A DNA stretch of 64,000 nucleotides, taken from Cetorhinus maximus (taxonomy: Eukaryota). Of the stretch, positions 50,388 through 63,232 are shown in pieces. Each line of letters begins with the position of its first letter. Position 1 is the first letter of the stretch. A program made the translations under genes and the position numbers. The notes under the pieces were generated by a model. It was not told the DNA's origin. It saw nothing but the letters and a program-made list of their open reading frames with translations, and did no database searches. The stretch is taken from assembly GCF_964194155.1 (NCBI RefSeq), contig NC_135888.1, positions 129,766,001 to 129,830,000 on the forward strand, in the 5' to 3' direction.

Positions 50388-53352
50388 CTTCTCTCTATCT
50401 CCCCTTCTTTACTTTCTCTTCCTCACACTTTCTGTCCTGTCCTCACTCATTCCCTCCCTCCCTCTTCCTCTCCCTCCCTCTTGCTCTCCCTTTCCCCTCC
50501 TTCCCACCTTGTTACACTCCTTTTCCCCTTCCTCCCTCCCTCTTTCTCTCCCTTCTCCGCCCTCCCTCTTGCACTCTCTTTCTCTCCCTCTCCCTTTCTC
50601 TCCCCTCCTCTCCTTGCACCTCTTTCTCTCCCTCCCCTCCCTCCCTTTCCCCTCCCTCCCTCGTAGTCTCCATTTCCCCCTCCTTCCTTCTCTCTCACCC
50701 CCTTCTTTTTCTCTCTCTCCGCCCTCTCTTTCTCTCCCTCCCTCCACTCTCTTTCTCTCCCTCCCTCCCCCTCGCTCCCCCTCTCTTTCCCTCCCTTGTT
50801 CCCTCTTTCTTTCTCTCCCTCGCTCCCCCTCCCTTTTTCTCCTTCCCTCCCCCTTCGCTCCCTCTCTCTTTCTCTCCCTCGCTTCCCCTCTCTTTCTCTC
50901 CATCCCTCCCTCTCTTTCCCTCCCTCCCTCCCCCTCTCTTTCCCTCCCACCCCTTTCCCTCCCTCCCTCCTGCTCCCCCTCTCTTTCTCTCCCTCCCTCC
51001 CTCCCTCATTCTCTCCCTCCCTCCCCTCTCTCTCTCGGTCCCCCTCTCCCTCCCTCGCCCTCCCTTCTCTCCCTCCCTCGCCCTCCCTTCTCTCCCTCCC
51101 TCCCCCTCCCTCTCTCCCTCCCTCGCCCTCCCTTCTCTCCCTCCCTCGCCCTCCCTTCTCTCCCTCCCTCCCCCTCCCTTCTNNNNNNNNNNNNNNNNNN
51201 NNNNNNNNNNNNNNNNNNNNNNNNNNNNNNNNNNNNNNNNNNNNNNNNNNNNNNNNNNNNNNNNNNNNNNNNNNNNNNNNNNNNNNNNNNNNNNNNNNNN
51301 NNNNNNNNNNNNNNNNNNNNNNNNNNNNNNNNNNNNNNNNNNNNNNNNNNNNNNNNNNNNNNNNNCCGTCCCTCCCCCTCCCTTTCTCTCCCTCCCTCCC
51401 CACTCTTTCTCTCCCTCCCCCTCGCTCCCTCCCCCTCTCTTTCTCTTAATCCCCCTCTCTCTCCCCCCTCCCCTCTTTCCCTCCCCTCTTTCTNNNNNNN
51501 NNNNNNNNNNNNNNNNNNNNNNNNNNNNNNNNNNNNNNNNNNNNNNNNNNNNNNNNNNNNNNNNNNNNNNNNNNNNNNNNNNNNNNNNNNNNNNNNNNNN
51601 NNNNNNNNNNNNNNNNNNNNNNNNNNNNNNNNNNNNNNNNNNNNNNNNNNNNNNNNNNNNNNNNNNNNNNNNNNNNNNNNNNNNNNNNNNCGCCCTTCCT
51701 CCCTCCTCTCTTTCTCTCCCTCCTTCCCTCCCTCCTCTCTTTCTCTCCCTCCCTCCCTTCCACCCTGCTCTCTTTCTCTCCCTCCCTCCCTCCCTCCTCT
51801 CTTTCTCTCCCTCCCTCCCTCCCCTCTTTCTCTCCCTCCCTCCCTCCCTCCTCTCTTTCTCTCCCTNNNNNNNNNNNNNNNNNNNNNNNNNNNNNNNNNN
51901 NNNNNNNNNNNNNNNNNNNNNNNNNNNNNNNNNNNNNNNNNNNNNNNNNNNNNNNNNNNNNNNNNNNNNNNNNNNNNNNNNNNNNNNNNNNNNNNNNNNN
52001 NNNNNNNNNNNNNNNTCTTTCTCTCCCTCCCTCCCTCGCTCCTCTCTTTCCCTCCCTCCTCTCTTTCCCTCCTTTCTTACTCTCCCTCCCTCCTTCCTCT
52101 CTTTCTCTCCCTCCCTCCTCTCTTTCTCTCCCTCCCTCCNNNNNNNNNNNNNNNNNNNNNNNNNNNNNNNNNNNNNNNNNNNNNNNNNNNNNNNNNNNNN
52201 NNNNNNNNNNNNNNNNNNNNNNNNNNNNNNNNNNNNNNNNNNNNNNNNNNNNNNNNNNNNNNNNNNNNNNNNNNNNNNNNNNNNNNNNNNNNNNNNNNNN
52301 NNNNNNNNNNNNNNNNNNNNNNNNNNNNNNNNNNNNNNNNNNNNNNNNNNCCTCCTCTCTTTCTCTCTCTCCCTCCCTCCCTTCCTCCTCTCTTTCTCTC
52401 CCTCCCTCCTCTCTTTCCCTCTGCCTCCCTCCTTCCCCTCTTTCTCTCCCCCCCTCTTTCTCTCCTCCCCCTCTTTCTCTCTCCGCTCTTTCTCTCCCTG
52501 CCCCCCTCTTTCCCTCCCTTTCTCTCCCTCCCCCCTCTTTCTCTCCCCCCCTCTTTCTCTCCCCCCCTCTTTCTCTCCACCCCTTTTTCCCCCTTTCTCT
52601 CCCCCCTCTTTCCCCCCCCTCCTCCCCTCTTTCTCTCCCTCCCCCTCCCCCTCCTTTCTCTCCCCGCCCTTTCTCTCCCTCCCCACCTTCTCTCCCCTTC
52701 CCCCCTCTTTCTCTCCCCCCTCCCCCCCTTCACGCCCCCCTCCCCCCTCTTTGTCTCCCCATCGCCCCCTCTTTCTCTCCCACCCCCCCTTTCTCTCCCT
52801 CCCCCCCCTTTCTCTCCCTTCCCCCCTTTCTCTCTTTCCCCCCCTCCCTCCCCTCTTTCCCCCCATCCCTCCCTCCTCTCTTTCCCCCTCCCTCATTCCT
52901 CTCTTTCCCCCCTCCCTCATTCCTCTCTTTCCCACCCCTCCCTCCCTCCCTCCTCTCTTTCCCCCCCTTCCCTCCCTCCTCTCTTTCCCCCCTTCCCTCC
53001 CTCCTCCCTTTCCCCCCTTCCCTCCCTCCTCCCTTTCCCCCCTTCTATCCCTCCTCTCTTTTCCCCCCTCCCTCATTCCTCTCTTTCCCACCCCTCCCTC
53101 CCTCCCTCTCTTTCCCCCCTTCCCTCCCTCCTCCCTTTCCCCCCTTCCCTCCNNNNNNNNNNNNNNNNNNNNNNNNNNNNNNNNNNNNNNNNNNNNNNNN
53201 NNNNNNNNNNNNNNNNNNNNNNNNNNNNNNNNNNNNNNNNNNNNNNNNNNNNNNNNNNNNNNNNNNNNNNNNNNNNNNNNNNNNNNNNNNNNNNNNNNNN
53301 NNNNNNNNNNNNNNNNNNNNNNNNNNNNNNNNNNNNNNNNNNNNNNNNNNNN
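50388..53352. repeat. ~3 kb polypyrimidine (C/T) tract with five N gaps, immediately upstream of FCHSD1
   Basis: Directly visible. The N blocks indicate unresolved or masked sequence. Confidence 0.95.
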
Positions 53353-53428
53353 AGACAGTCAGTCAGGGAGAGACAGAGACTGACAAACAGACCCAGAAAG
53401 AGTGCTGACCCCCCCGGGGAGACTCATC

Positions 53429-53449
53429 ATGCAGCCTCCCCCCAGGAAG
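53429..53449 (+). CDS. FCHSD1: FCHSD1 (F-BAR and double SH3 domains 1), coding exon 1
   Basis: ATG CAG CCT CCC CCC AGG AAG|GTGAGC encodes MQPPPRK, the conserved N-terminus of FCHSD1/2, followed by a canonical donor. Confidence 0.9.
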
Positions 53450-53532
53450 GTGAGCCGGGACCGGACCCCGGGACAGGACGGGACGGGACAGGGGAAGCGG
53501 ACCCGGAATAATCGCCTCTTTTTCTCCCCCAG

Positions 53533-53630
53533 GGTCGAGTGAGCCAGGAGGTGAAGATGAGCTTCTCGGAGCAGTTGTGTAAAGTGCAGAACAAACAGCA
53601 GCAGGAGGCTGAACTGCTGGAGGACATCAG
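53533..53630 (+). CDS. FCHSD1: FCHSD1 coding exon 2 (start of F-BAR domain)
   Basis: Acceptor ttttctcccccag, 98 nt, GRVSQEVKMSFSEQLCKVQNKQQQEAELLEDI(R), donor GTAACC. QEVK..F.EQL and LLEDIR match FCHSD1 better than FCHSD2 (QELK...LLEDMR). Confidence 0.88.
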
Positions 53631-54797
53631 GTAACCTGACTGGGCTCTGACTGACTTCAACCTGGGATTCACTCCACACAGTGATGGTCTCAGACTCTGG
53701 GGTGATAATTGGCTGGGCAGACACAAAGGGGTTGTTTCTCCTGGCTGGAGAGTCTAGAATAAGGGGGCACAGTCTCAGGGTAAGGGGATGACCATTTAGG
53801 ACAGAGATAAGGAGCAATTTCTTCACTCAGGGTTGTGAAGCCTCTGATACTCTGCACCCCATCTCTCACCTTTCTCCCTCCTCATCTTTCCCTGTTACCC
53901 CCTTGTCACTATATCCCTCCTCACTCTGCCCCATCACTCCCCTCTCTCCTCTCCCCTCACCCCTCCTTCCCTTCCATTTCCTCGCTCACTTTCTCACTCT
54001 TCCTCCCCCTCAAACCATATGCCCCCCCCCCCTTCTATTCTACATGACTCTGGTGCTAAAGTTGCCAGGGGAGAGATGGGCTTTGCGAACAGTTTTGAAG
54101 ATAAGGGGGCAGGTTATGGGTGGAACCAGAGTGATGGGTCAAGGTGCATACAGTCACCAATGGTTGCTGGGACAAAATACTAGAACTCCACCCCCTTGCC
54201 GCACTGTGGGTTCAAGAAGGCAACTCACCACCACCTTCTCCAGGGCAATTAGGGATGGGCAATAAATGCTGGCCCAGCCAGCGATGCCTGCATCCCACGA
54301 ATGAAGGTAAAAATAAGGATTGGGCAGGGGCCCCTACAGGATCATGGGGGAGATTGAGGTAGACAACCCGGTGAGGAGGTTTGAAGATCAGGGTTTTGAA
54401 ATTGAGGTGTCGAAGAATGGAGGAAGATCCAATGGAGATGGGTGAGGAACGAAGGATGAGCGGGATTTGGTGCTGGAGGTGGTATTGGAAGTTTGTAACG
54501 GGAAAAACTTGAGGCTGGAAAAGAGGTAGAATGAGGTGGTGAAAATTAACAATGGTCTGATCCAAGCGGCTGAGGGGCCATCTCACAACCTCCCACCCTC
54601 AAACTGCTCTTTTCCCTCCAATATCTGAGATTTCTTTACCTGATCAATAAAAACATTGAAGGAGAATGTAAAGAAAAGGCTGAGTCCCTTAAGAATTGCT
54701 CACCTGAGTTAGTGGAAGTTAGTGTCCCAGAGGTTAATCCCTCCTTGGTGCAGAGATGGCAACCCAAGGGGCTTGTGATACAGATCTGTGTTGGTTT

Positions 54798-55151
54798 GGG
54801 TTGCCAACTGTGATTAAATGTATTCTCGGAGGTTTCATCACATAGCTCTAGCCATTAGTCGGCCAACACATCCATCCTCGTGATGCACTGCCTTCCACCA
54901 ACTGGAAAGCAAAAAGACTCATTACCCAATTGGATGATGCTTGACTGACAGCCAAACAGCCTCCCCCACTTTCCAATTTTCAATATTTTTTATATCTGGT
55001 AAGGAGAAATTTTCAAAGAAAATTTTTTTTAAAAAAACAATCTTTTTAAAGTCCCTGTGATTTTTCTCCAGGGTTGCACACAGTAGTCTTCCAGAGATTG
55101 ATCTTCAATTCCTGGAGACTCCAGGCCAATCCTGGAGAGTTGGCAGCCCTA
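54798..55151. mobile_element. Non-autonomous DNA transposon-like repeat
   Basis: Termini GGGTTGCCAACT...AGTTGGCAGCCC. A partial second copy lies at 45875-46110. Confidence 0.55.
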
Positions 55152-56279
55152 GTGTTGGCCTCCGTTGTCCATTGCAGTAGTTTTGTGAAATTCTTGTCGA
55201 CAGGAAATGAATGAAAAGCAACATGTTGGTGAAGTATCGAGAACATGTTAAATAAACACAGAAGACCCGATGAGCTTACCTCTCTGGAGTTTAGAGGAAT
55301 TGACAGGGCAGACACAAAGGGGTTGTTTCTCCTGGCTGGAGAGTCTAGAACAAGGGGGCACAGTCTCAGGGTAAGGGGATGACCATTTAGGACAGAGATA
55401 AGGAGCAATTTCTTCACTCAGGGTTGTGAAGCCTTGACGTTTTCTAGCCCAGAGGGCTGTGGATGCTAAATTGTTGAGAATATTAACGACAGAGATTGAT
55501 AGATTTTTGGACATTCAGGAAAACAAGGGAGATGGGGATCGGACTGCAAAGTGAAGTTTTTTTTGTTCATTCACGGGATGCGGGCGTCGCTGGCTAGACC
55601 AGCATTTATTGCCCATCCCTAACTGCCCTTCAAAAGGTGTCAGTGAGCTGCCTTCTTGAACCGCTGTAGTCCACCTGGTGTAGGTACACCCACAGTGCTG
55701 TTAGGAAGAGTTGCGGTAGAAGATCAGCTACGATCTCATTGAATGACAGAGCAGGCTCGAGTGGCTTGCCCCTGCTCTACTTTCTTACGTTATTCAGGGA
55801 CTCTGTGCTTGGTAATGTCCTTCACTGTTAGCATCTGGGAGACAGTCCTGATCCTGTGAATGCCTCTGCTTGTGTCCACTGCGCAGAACTGGACTGTTCA
55901 CTCCTGCTGTGCACATAAATGGAGCAGAATTTGTACATGCTGCAACAATGAAAGTTGAGAGGTATGGAGATATGGGTCTCACTTTCCAGACGCAGAACAT
56001 GGTATCAAATCAGGGCCCACAGAGCACACTGCCGCTTGATACTGAGCCATCCAGGAAGGCTATTGAGTGTCATCCCTTGGGTTGTTACTTGATCTGATCT
56101 ATGAAAGTCACTAACTTCAGGGAAAATGGGAGTAGGGGCTTCTGGGGCTGAACGCCAGCGAGTGTTGTCACTTTCGGGGAAGCGTGGAGGGCCGTGTGAG
56201 GGAAAGGAAAATGGGGAGCACATATTGATAAACAACACTGAAAATTAAGTAATAGAATAGTATAGCACAAAAAGCAGGA

Positions 56280-57630
56280 CATATCCAAGCAATTACCGCC
56301 CCATCAGTCTACTCTCGATCATCAGCAAAGGTGTCGTTGACAATACTAACAAGTAGCACTTGCTCAGAAACAGCCTGCTCACTGACGCTCAGTTTGGGTT
56401 CCACCAGGGCCATTCAGCCTTTGACCGCATTATGGCCTAGGTCCAAACATGGATAAAAGAGTTGAACTCAAGAGGTGAGGTGAGAGTGACTGCCATGACA
56501 TCAAGGTCGTGTTTGACTGAGTTGGCATCAAGGAGCCTAGCAAAACTGGAGTCAATGGGAATCGGGGGAAAAATCTCCACTGGCTGGAGCCATACCTAGC
56601 ACAGAGGAAGATGGTTGTGGTTATTGGAGGTCAGTCATCTCAGTCCCAGGACATCACTGCAGGAGTTCCTCAGGGTAGAGTCCTAGGCCCAACCATTTTC
56701 AGATGCTTCATCAATGACCGCCATTGTAAGGTCGGAAGCGGGGATGTTCGCTGATGATTGCACAATGTTCAGCACCATTCGCAACTCCGCAGATACTGAA
56801 GCAGTCCATGCCCATATGCAGCAACACTTGGAGAACATTCAGGCTTACGGTGATAAGTGGCAAGTAACACTCGTGCCAGGCAATGGCAGAGCAGGCTTGA
56901 GATTCCAAATGGCCTACTTCTGTTCCTATTTTGTATGTTTGTATTTCCAACAAGAGAGAACCCAACCATCTCCCCTTGACATTTAATGACATCACCACCA
57001 TCAACATCCTGGGGGTTACCATTGACCAGAAACTGAACTGCACCAGCCTTATAAATACTGTGGCTACAAAAGCAAGTCAGACGCTAGGAATGCTACAGCG
57101 AGTAACTCATTTCCTGAATCTCCAAAGCCTGTCCGTCTACAAAGCACAAGTCAGGAGTGTGATGGAATTCTCTCCACTTGCCTGGATGAGTGCAGCTCCA
57201 TCAACACTAAAGAAACTTGACACCACCCAGGACAAAGCAGCCTGTTTGATTGCCACCGACACACAGTGGCAGCAGTGTGCACCATCTACAAGATTCACTG
57301 CAGCAACTCACCAAGGCTCTTTCAACAGCACCTTCCAAACCCACGACCTCTACCATCTAGAAGGACAAGGAAAGCAGACTCATGGGAATAGCACCACCCC
57401 TCCAAGTCACACACCATCCTGACTTGGAAATATATCGCTGTTCCTTCACTGTTGCTGGGTCAAAATCCTGGAACTCCATTCCTAACAGCACTGTGAGTGT
57501 ACCTACACCACATGGAATGCAACGGTTAAAGAGGCGGCTCACAACCACCCTTTGAAGGGTAATTAGGGTTAGGCAATAAAAATGCTGGTCCAGCCAGCAA
57601 TGCCCACATCCCATGAAAGAATAAGAAAAG
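56280..57630 (+). mobile_element. CR1-group LINE RT fragment (same family as 7347-7998)
   Basis: aattaccgccccatcagtct (NYRPIS), GVPQG, GMFADDCT, YKAQVRSVMEFSPLAW. Confidence 0.85.
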
Positions 57631-59302
57631 GAGGCCATTCAACCTGTCATATTTGTGTTGGCTCTTTGAAAGAGAATCCAATAAATTTGTCCTTTTTAAG
57701 TAGAGATCTAATTCTCTCTGTTTAAGTCTATTTTCTGAAAGTTATTTATTTTTTCCCCGCCTTCCCCCAACGCCTTGGGCATCCCTAAAAATCTTGTGGT
57801 TGGAAATAATAATGGGGTCAGTAACAAGTTAGTCAATAACCAGAGCAGGAAAGTTCCACTTGATAATCCCAAATTGGGCAAAAGGTGTCAAAATTTGAAA
57901 TGATTGTCTTGTTCTGTTTGTGAGTCAGAGCTCTCTGTTCGTGTGGTTATTGGAGAGGCCACCAATGACACCTCGCCCCAAAAGTTTAGTTGTGAGAACT
58001 GTGGCAATGAAGCTTTGGTTGTGATTGGCTGAGATTCATTAGAAGCTGGAGGTGACGTTGATCCCTTGAGCAGAGCTGTTATAAAGTGGAGGCAGGGGAA
58101 TGGAAACGAAACCTGGGGGAGGATCATTTTCTGAATGAAGATCTGGACAGTTAAGTGCAACCTGGAGTGTTTAAAAAGGAAGAAATTATCAATTGCAAAA
58201 GACTATTTTTAACACCTTTTTATGTTTCAATATGATCACCTCTCATTCTTGTAAACTCCAACGAGCATGAACCCAACCTGCTCAACCTTTCTTCATAAGA
58301 GAAAGGACTTCATGGGCTGCTTTGAGACAGCTTGAAGCACAATATAAATTCAAGCTTTTTCTGTTTAAGTCACCCTTTTCCCCTCATTAGGGGATACAAA
58401 CATTGCAGGTCAGCCTTTAACTCTGTCAGAACACAGTCTCGGAGTGACTCTCAGGTGGACTTTCGATCTGCGTAAGCTATCTCTGTTCCATGCTAGTGAG
58501 AGGACCGCATCAAACCTCTGCTGGTGTTTCCTATTAGTGACCTCGTGCTGTGTTCTCATCGCTAAGGTATGTGTTAGGAAGTCCCTGCCCCCATACCCGG
58601 ATAAAAATCGATCAGGGAAAACATTAGACAGGCAGCAGCCTGCTGGCAGAGTGAAATGTTGGAGCAGATCCATAGAGGAAATAACATGCCTGATGTAAAG
58701 TTTGAACATTAAGAAATGAAGGAGTCTGAATGCAACTCCCCCGCTGAACACATTGAGTCTGTGGTTCTCTGATGTCTCCGCACTAAATTTTAGCAACGGT
58801 TGATTTATTTTCAATTTTTTACCAAAAAAGTCAAGAGATATAAATAAAACAAGAGTTTGTGAGGCAAGTTTATGGGGAGCTGGTGGTTTGGTGGTAATGT
58901 CACTGGAGTATTAATCCAGAGGCTCGTTGATAATGTCCTGGGGACATGGGTTCAAATCCCATCAGGGCGGCTGGAATTGAAGGCTAGCCTCAGCCACAGA
59001 AGCCATGAAACCCATCTGGCTCACTAATGTCCTTTAGGGAAGGAAATCTCCCATCCTTTCCTGTCTGGCCAATAAGTGAGTCCAGATCCACAGTAATGTG
59101 ATTGATTCTTAACTGCCGTCAAGGGCAATTAGGGAGGGGCAACAAATGCTGACCTTTCCAGCAACACGCACATCCCCCGCCCCCATATTTTACGCTCAGC
59201 ATTTCTTTAAAAACAACTGGGTTTTCCTCTGTTTCTTTGGAATAAGCGTCTAACTGAGCTTATAGTAATGGCAGAGGGACTGGAGTTAGACCTTGGCAGT
59301 TG

Positions 59303-59333
<31 letters not shown>

Positions 59334-60906
59334 CTTATAGGCATTAACCGGACATTTTTATTTATTCCTCCTCAATACAAATCTTCACCTTCGATTTAAA
59401 TAAGTTTTCTCGAAGGGTGAGATTCTTGAAAGGATATCCATGCATTGAAAGCAGGTTATTACTAGTGCACAAATACTTTATGAAATATTTAAACCTATTT
59501 CAACAAGCATGTTTATTCGTTCATGGGATGTGGCCCTCACTGGCTGGGACATCATTTGTTGCTCATCCTTAATTGCCCTTGAGAAGGTGGTGGTGAGGTG
59601 CCTTCTTCAGCTGCTGTAGTCCATGTGGTGTTGGTACACCCACAGTGCTGTTAGGGAGGGAGTTCCAGGATTTTGACCCAGCGAGAGTGAAGGAATGGTG
59701 ATATATTTCCAAGTCAGGATGGTGTGTGGCTTGGGGGGGTGGGATTTGCAGCTGGTGTTGTTCCCATGTACCTGCTGCCCCTGTCCTTCCAGGTGGTAGA
59801 GGTCATGGGTTTGGAAGGAGTTGCTGCAGTGCATCTTGTAGATGGTACACATTGTTGACCCTGTGCGTCAGTGGTGGAGGGAGTGAATGTTTGTGGATGG
59901 GATGCCGATCAAGCAGCTGCTTTGTCCTGGATGGTGTCCAGCTTATTGAGTGTTGCAAGTGGAGAGTATTCTATCACAATCTTTCAAAGTAAAATATGAA
60001 TCAAAATGTAGAGTGTCAGGGTATGATTACCCCCCCGATGTTTTCTGAGTGTCAACCATATGACCAATGGAGAAATGAAATAACCATGTGGACATGGGTT
60101 ACGTCCTTGCCAAAGTAAAAAACAGAAGATGGCTTTGGCATTTTCACGACCACATGAAAGCAAAATAAGATGCAAAGTATTTCCGGAGTTGGAACCTGAT
60201 GTTTGGAAACAGATGAAGGTTTGGAAACTTTATTAGGTTTTATGGATAAGATCTAACAAAAAGATGATTTATTAACTGCTCACGAAGCATGGTTGGATTT
60301 TGACAAATTTAGAAAGTTGGAAGAAAATTCTGCAGAACATTACATAATGGAATTCAGTAGCCTTTAGCAAGATTGTTAAAATTCTGTCTGGAAATTCCCC
60401 AATCAGTGCTGGCGTTCAAGTTACTAGACTGCGCCAGCATCTCGAATATGGACAGGCTTCTAGTTCTAACAGGAGTTAAGTGTGCAGAAAGACACACACT
60501 GCTAGAACAGATGTCAGAAGCTCTTAAAAAAAATTCCTCGGAAAACATTCCTTTCCGGCAGCATTCATGGCACAAGTGAGCCATTTGGCAGTAAGACAGA
60601 AAATGAAGGATACAATGTTAACGGGATGGCGAGATCGTTTAGAAACAGGACACAGGCATCAGTACAAAAGGAGATTTGTAACTAGAAACAATGGGGAAAG
60701 AAACACCTTGGACAATTATGACGGGAGAAAAGAATTAGGGATTTACGACAAAAAAAATGAACCCCAGAAATGCCCAGGGTGTGGTCAATCGGTGTTTTAG
60801 ATGCAATTCAAAATATCATATGCAATGGACTGTCCTAAACGATATAATAAGGTGCTTGAAATTAAACATGAGACAGAAGACTCAGAAGAAGAAGAAGATA
60901 GAGATA

Positions 60907-61050
60907 AGTATTTGGGATTTGCCATGGCATACAAGGCTATGGGCCTAGTGCTGGAAAATGGGATTAGAATAGTTAGGTTCTTGTTTGACTGGCGCAGACT
61001 CGATGGGCCGAAGGGCCTTTTTCTGTGCTGTAGACCTCTATGGCTCTATG
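60907..61050 (+). mobile_element. Short CR1 3'-end insertion in the Copia gag-protease linker
   Basis: Matches the 3' end of the CR1 at 40955-42819. TSD AGAGATA at 60900-60906 and 61051-61057. Confidence 0.75.
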
Positions 61051-63040
61051 AGAGATATTGACCAAAGAGAGGGCATTGTATTAGTTGCAAGATGTTTCAA
61101 CCCAGTGCTGAATGTCTTGGTGGCAGAGTCCTTCAACTGTGCGGTGCTAGATAGCGGATGCATGTCTACAGTCTGTGGAATAGACTGGCTAAAATGCTAC
61201 CTGGACTCCTTAAATGACAAGGACCGGAATAAGGTTAAAGAATTTGAGAGTTCCACCAGTTTTAGATTTGGAGATGATAATACCCTAAAATATTTAACAA
61301 GTGCAGTGATTCTCTGTAAGATAGCTGGAGTCAATCATTTCATCAGCACGGATGTAGGAGATTAAAGAAGTGTTATTAGCATTGGGGGATAGGAATTTGG
61401 AAGACAAAAAGCGAATTTGTGTTAAAATTGCATCGCCAGTTTGCCCATTCCTTCTTCGCAAAGATTAAAAATTTTGCAAAGGGGCGCGGGAATAAGGGAT
61501 GGAGAGTACGCAAAGCTTATAGAGGAGATAAGGGATAGATGTGATACATGTAAGAAATACAGAAGGATACCGCCATGGCTGACAGTGAGTCTACCTTTAG
61601 CAAGGGATTTCAGTGAAGTCGTGGCGACGGATTTAAAGGTGTAGGGTAAAGAAAAGAACATTTTTATTTTACATTTCGCAGATCTGGCAACAAGGTTTAG
61701 CCAGTTGACAATCATATACAGTAAACAAAATAATTGTGGATCAGATAATGGAGAAGTGGATAGGGACTGGATTGGGACCACCAGCAAAATTCCTCACTGA
61801 TAATGGGGTGGGGCGGGGGGGGGAGTTTGCTAAAGATGACGCCTGGGATATGTGTGAAAACATGCATACAATAGTTATGAATACCACAGCTGAAAGCCCC
61901 TTTAGCAATGGTGTGTGTGAAAGAAATCACGCGGTTATAGGTGAGATGCTTGATAAAATATTGGTGGGTAGACCAAGCTGTAAATTAACATCAGTTCTAG
62001 CATGGTCTGTCCATGCCAAGAATTCACTGCAGATGATTGGAGGCTACAGTCTATACCTGTTGCTTTTTGGTAGAAACCCAAAAATTCCTTCAGTCCTGTG
62101 TGATCACCCTCTAGCTTGGGAGGGAACGACTATTAGCTCTATCTTTCCTGAGCATTTAAACGCACTACACATGAGTAGAAGAGCGTTCCTTAAAGCCAAA
62201 GCTTCAGAAGGAATTCGGCGAGCTCTTAAGACACCATGCACGACCATTGGAAACTATTTTCAATCAGGGAGACATGGTATACTAAAAGAGAGAAGGGCTT
62301 AACGAGTGGAAAGGCCCGGGAAAGATTATAGGTAAAGATGGTATTACAGTCATTTTACAACATGGGAACCAGACCATTCGGGTATACTCATCAAAGTTAG
62401 TCGGCACAGACTACAAATTTGCAGGTTCAGAAAGGATAGGAAGGGACAAGGAACCGTGTGCTTCTCATGCCCATGTGTTGCATGATTGTGAGGACCCAGG
62501 TAGCTGAAGTTGACAGGGTATCTGAAGATGGAGAGAGTGATTTGGACGAAGAAAATGAAGCGATTTGTCCCAGAGGACAACTGCAGAAAGCTGGCACTAA
62601 AGTTAAGCACTTGCCAGAAGGGGCCAGTCAATGGCGGAATGCGACAATTGTAGGTAGAGCAGGGAAGACCACTGGAAAATTTAAAAACTGGTTAAATGTA
62701 CGAGATATAAGGACAGGAGGTTAGGCCTATGATTGGGAACATGAAATACAAAAATGGAAGGCACGGAAAGGCAGCATCAGTTCAGACATTGGGTCTGGGA
62801 GTAAACATGCCTCTAGGAAGAGATCACGAACTGTTGAAAGAACATCTATAAATGGAGAAGGAGATCAAACAGTAACAGTGATAGAAGGCAGGGTAGAGGA
62901 CATTGCTTAGCAAGGTCAAGGAATATGGCACAGGCTGGTAACGCTACAGGAGCAAAAGCCCATGTGATTGAGAAGTCTTAGTAGCTTCAAACAAATTAGA
63001 TGATAAATCAATAAAGGATGCAAAGCAGCAAGAACTACAT

Positions 63041-63232
63041 AAAAGCAAAATACTGCGGATGCTGGAAATCTAAAGCTGGAGGTGTAAAGCATCTGTGGAG
63101 AGGGAAACAGAGTTAACGTTTCAAGTCTGTATGACCCTTCTTCATACAGACTGGAAACGTTAACTCTTGTTTCTCTCTCCACAGATGCTGCTAGACCTGC
63201 TGAGCTTTTCCAGAACTTTCTGTTTTTGTGTG
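63041..63232. mobile_element. Penelope-derived hairpin inserted in the Copia pol
   Basis: Inverted arms. 14-bp TSD AGCAAGAACTACAT / AGCAAGAGCTACAT. Confidence 0.8.

Noticed and set aside
50344-53511. 1055-aa and 798-aa ORFs
   Set aside because: They are translations of the C/T tract and N gaps, which cannot contain stop codons.
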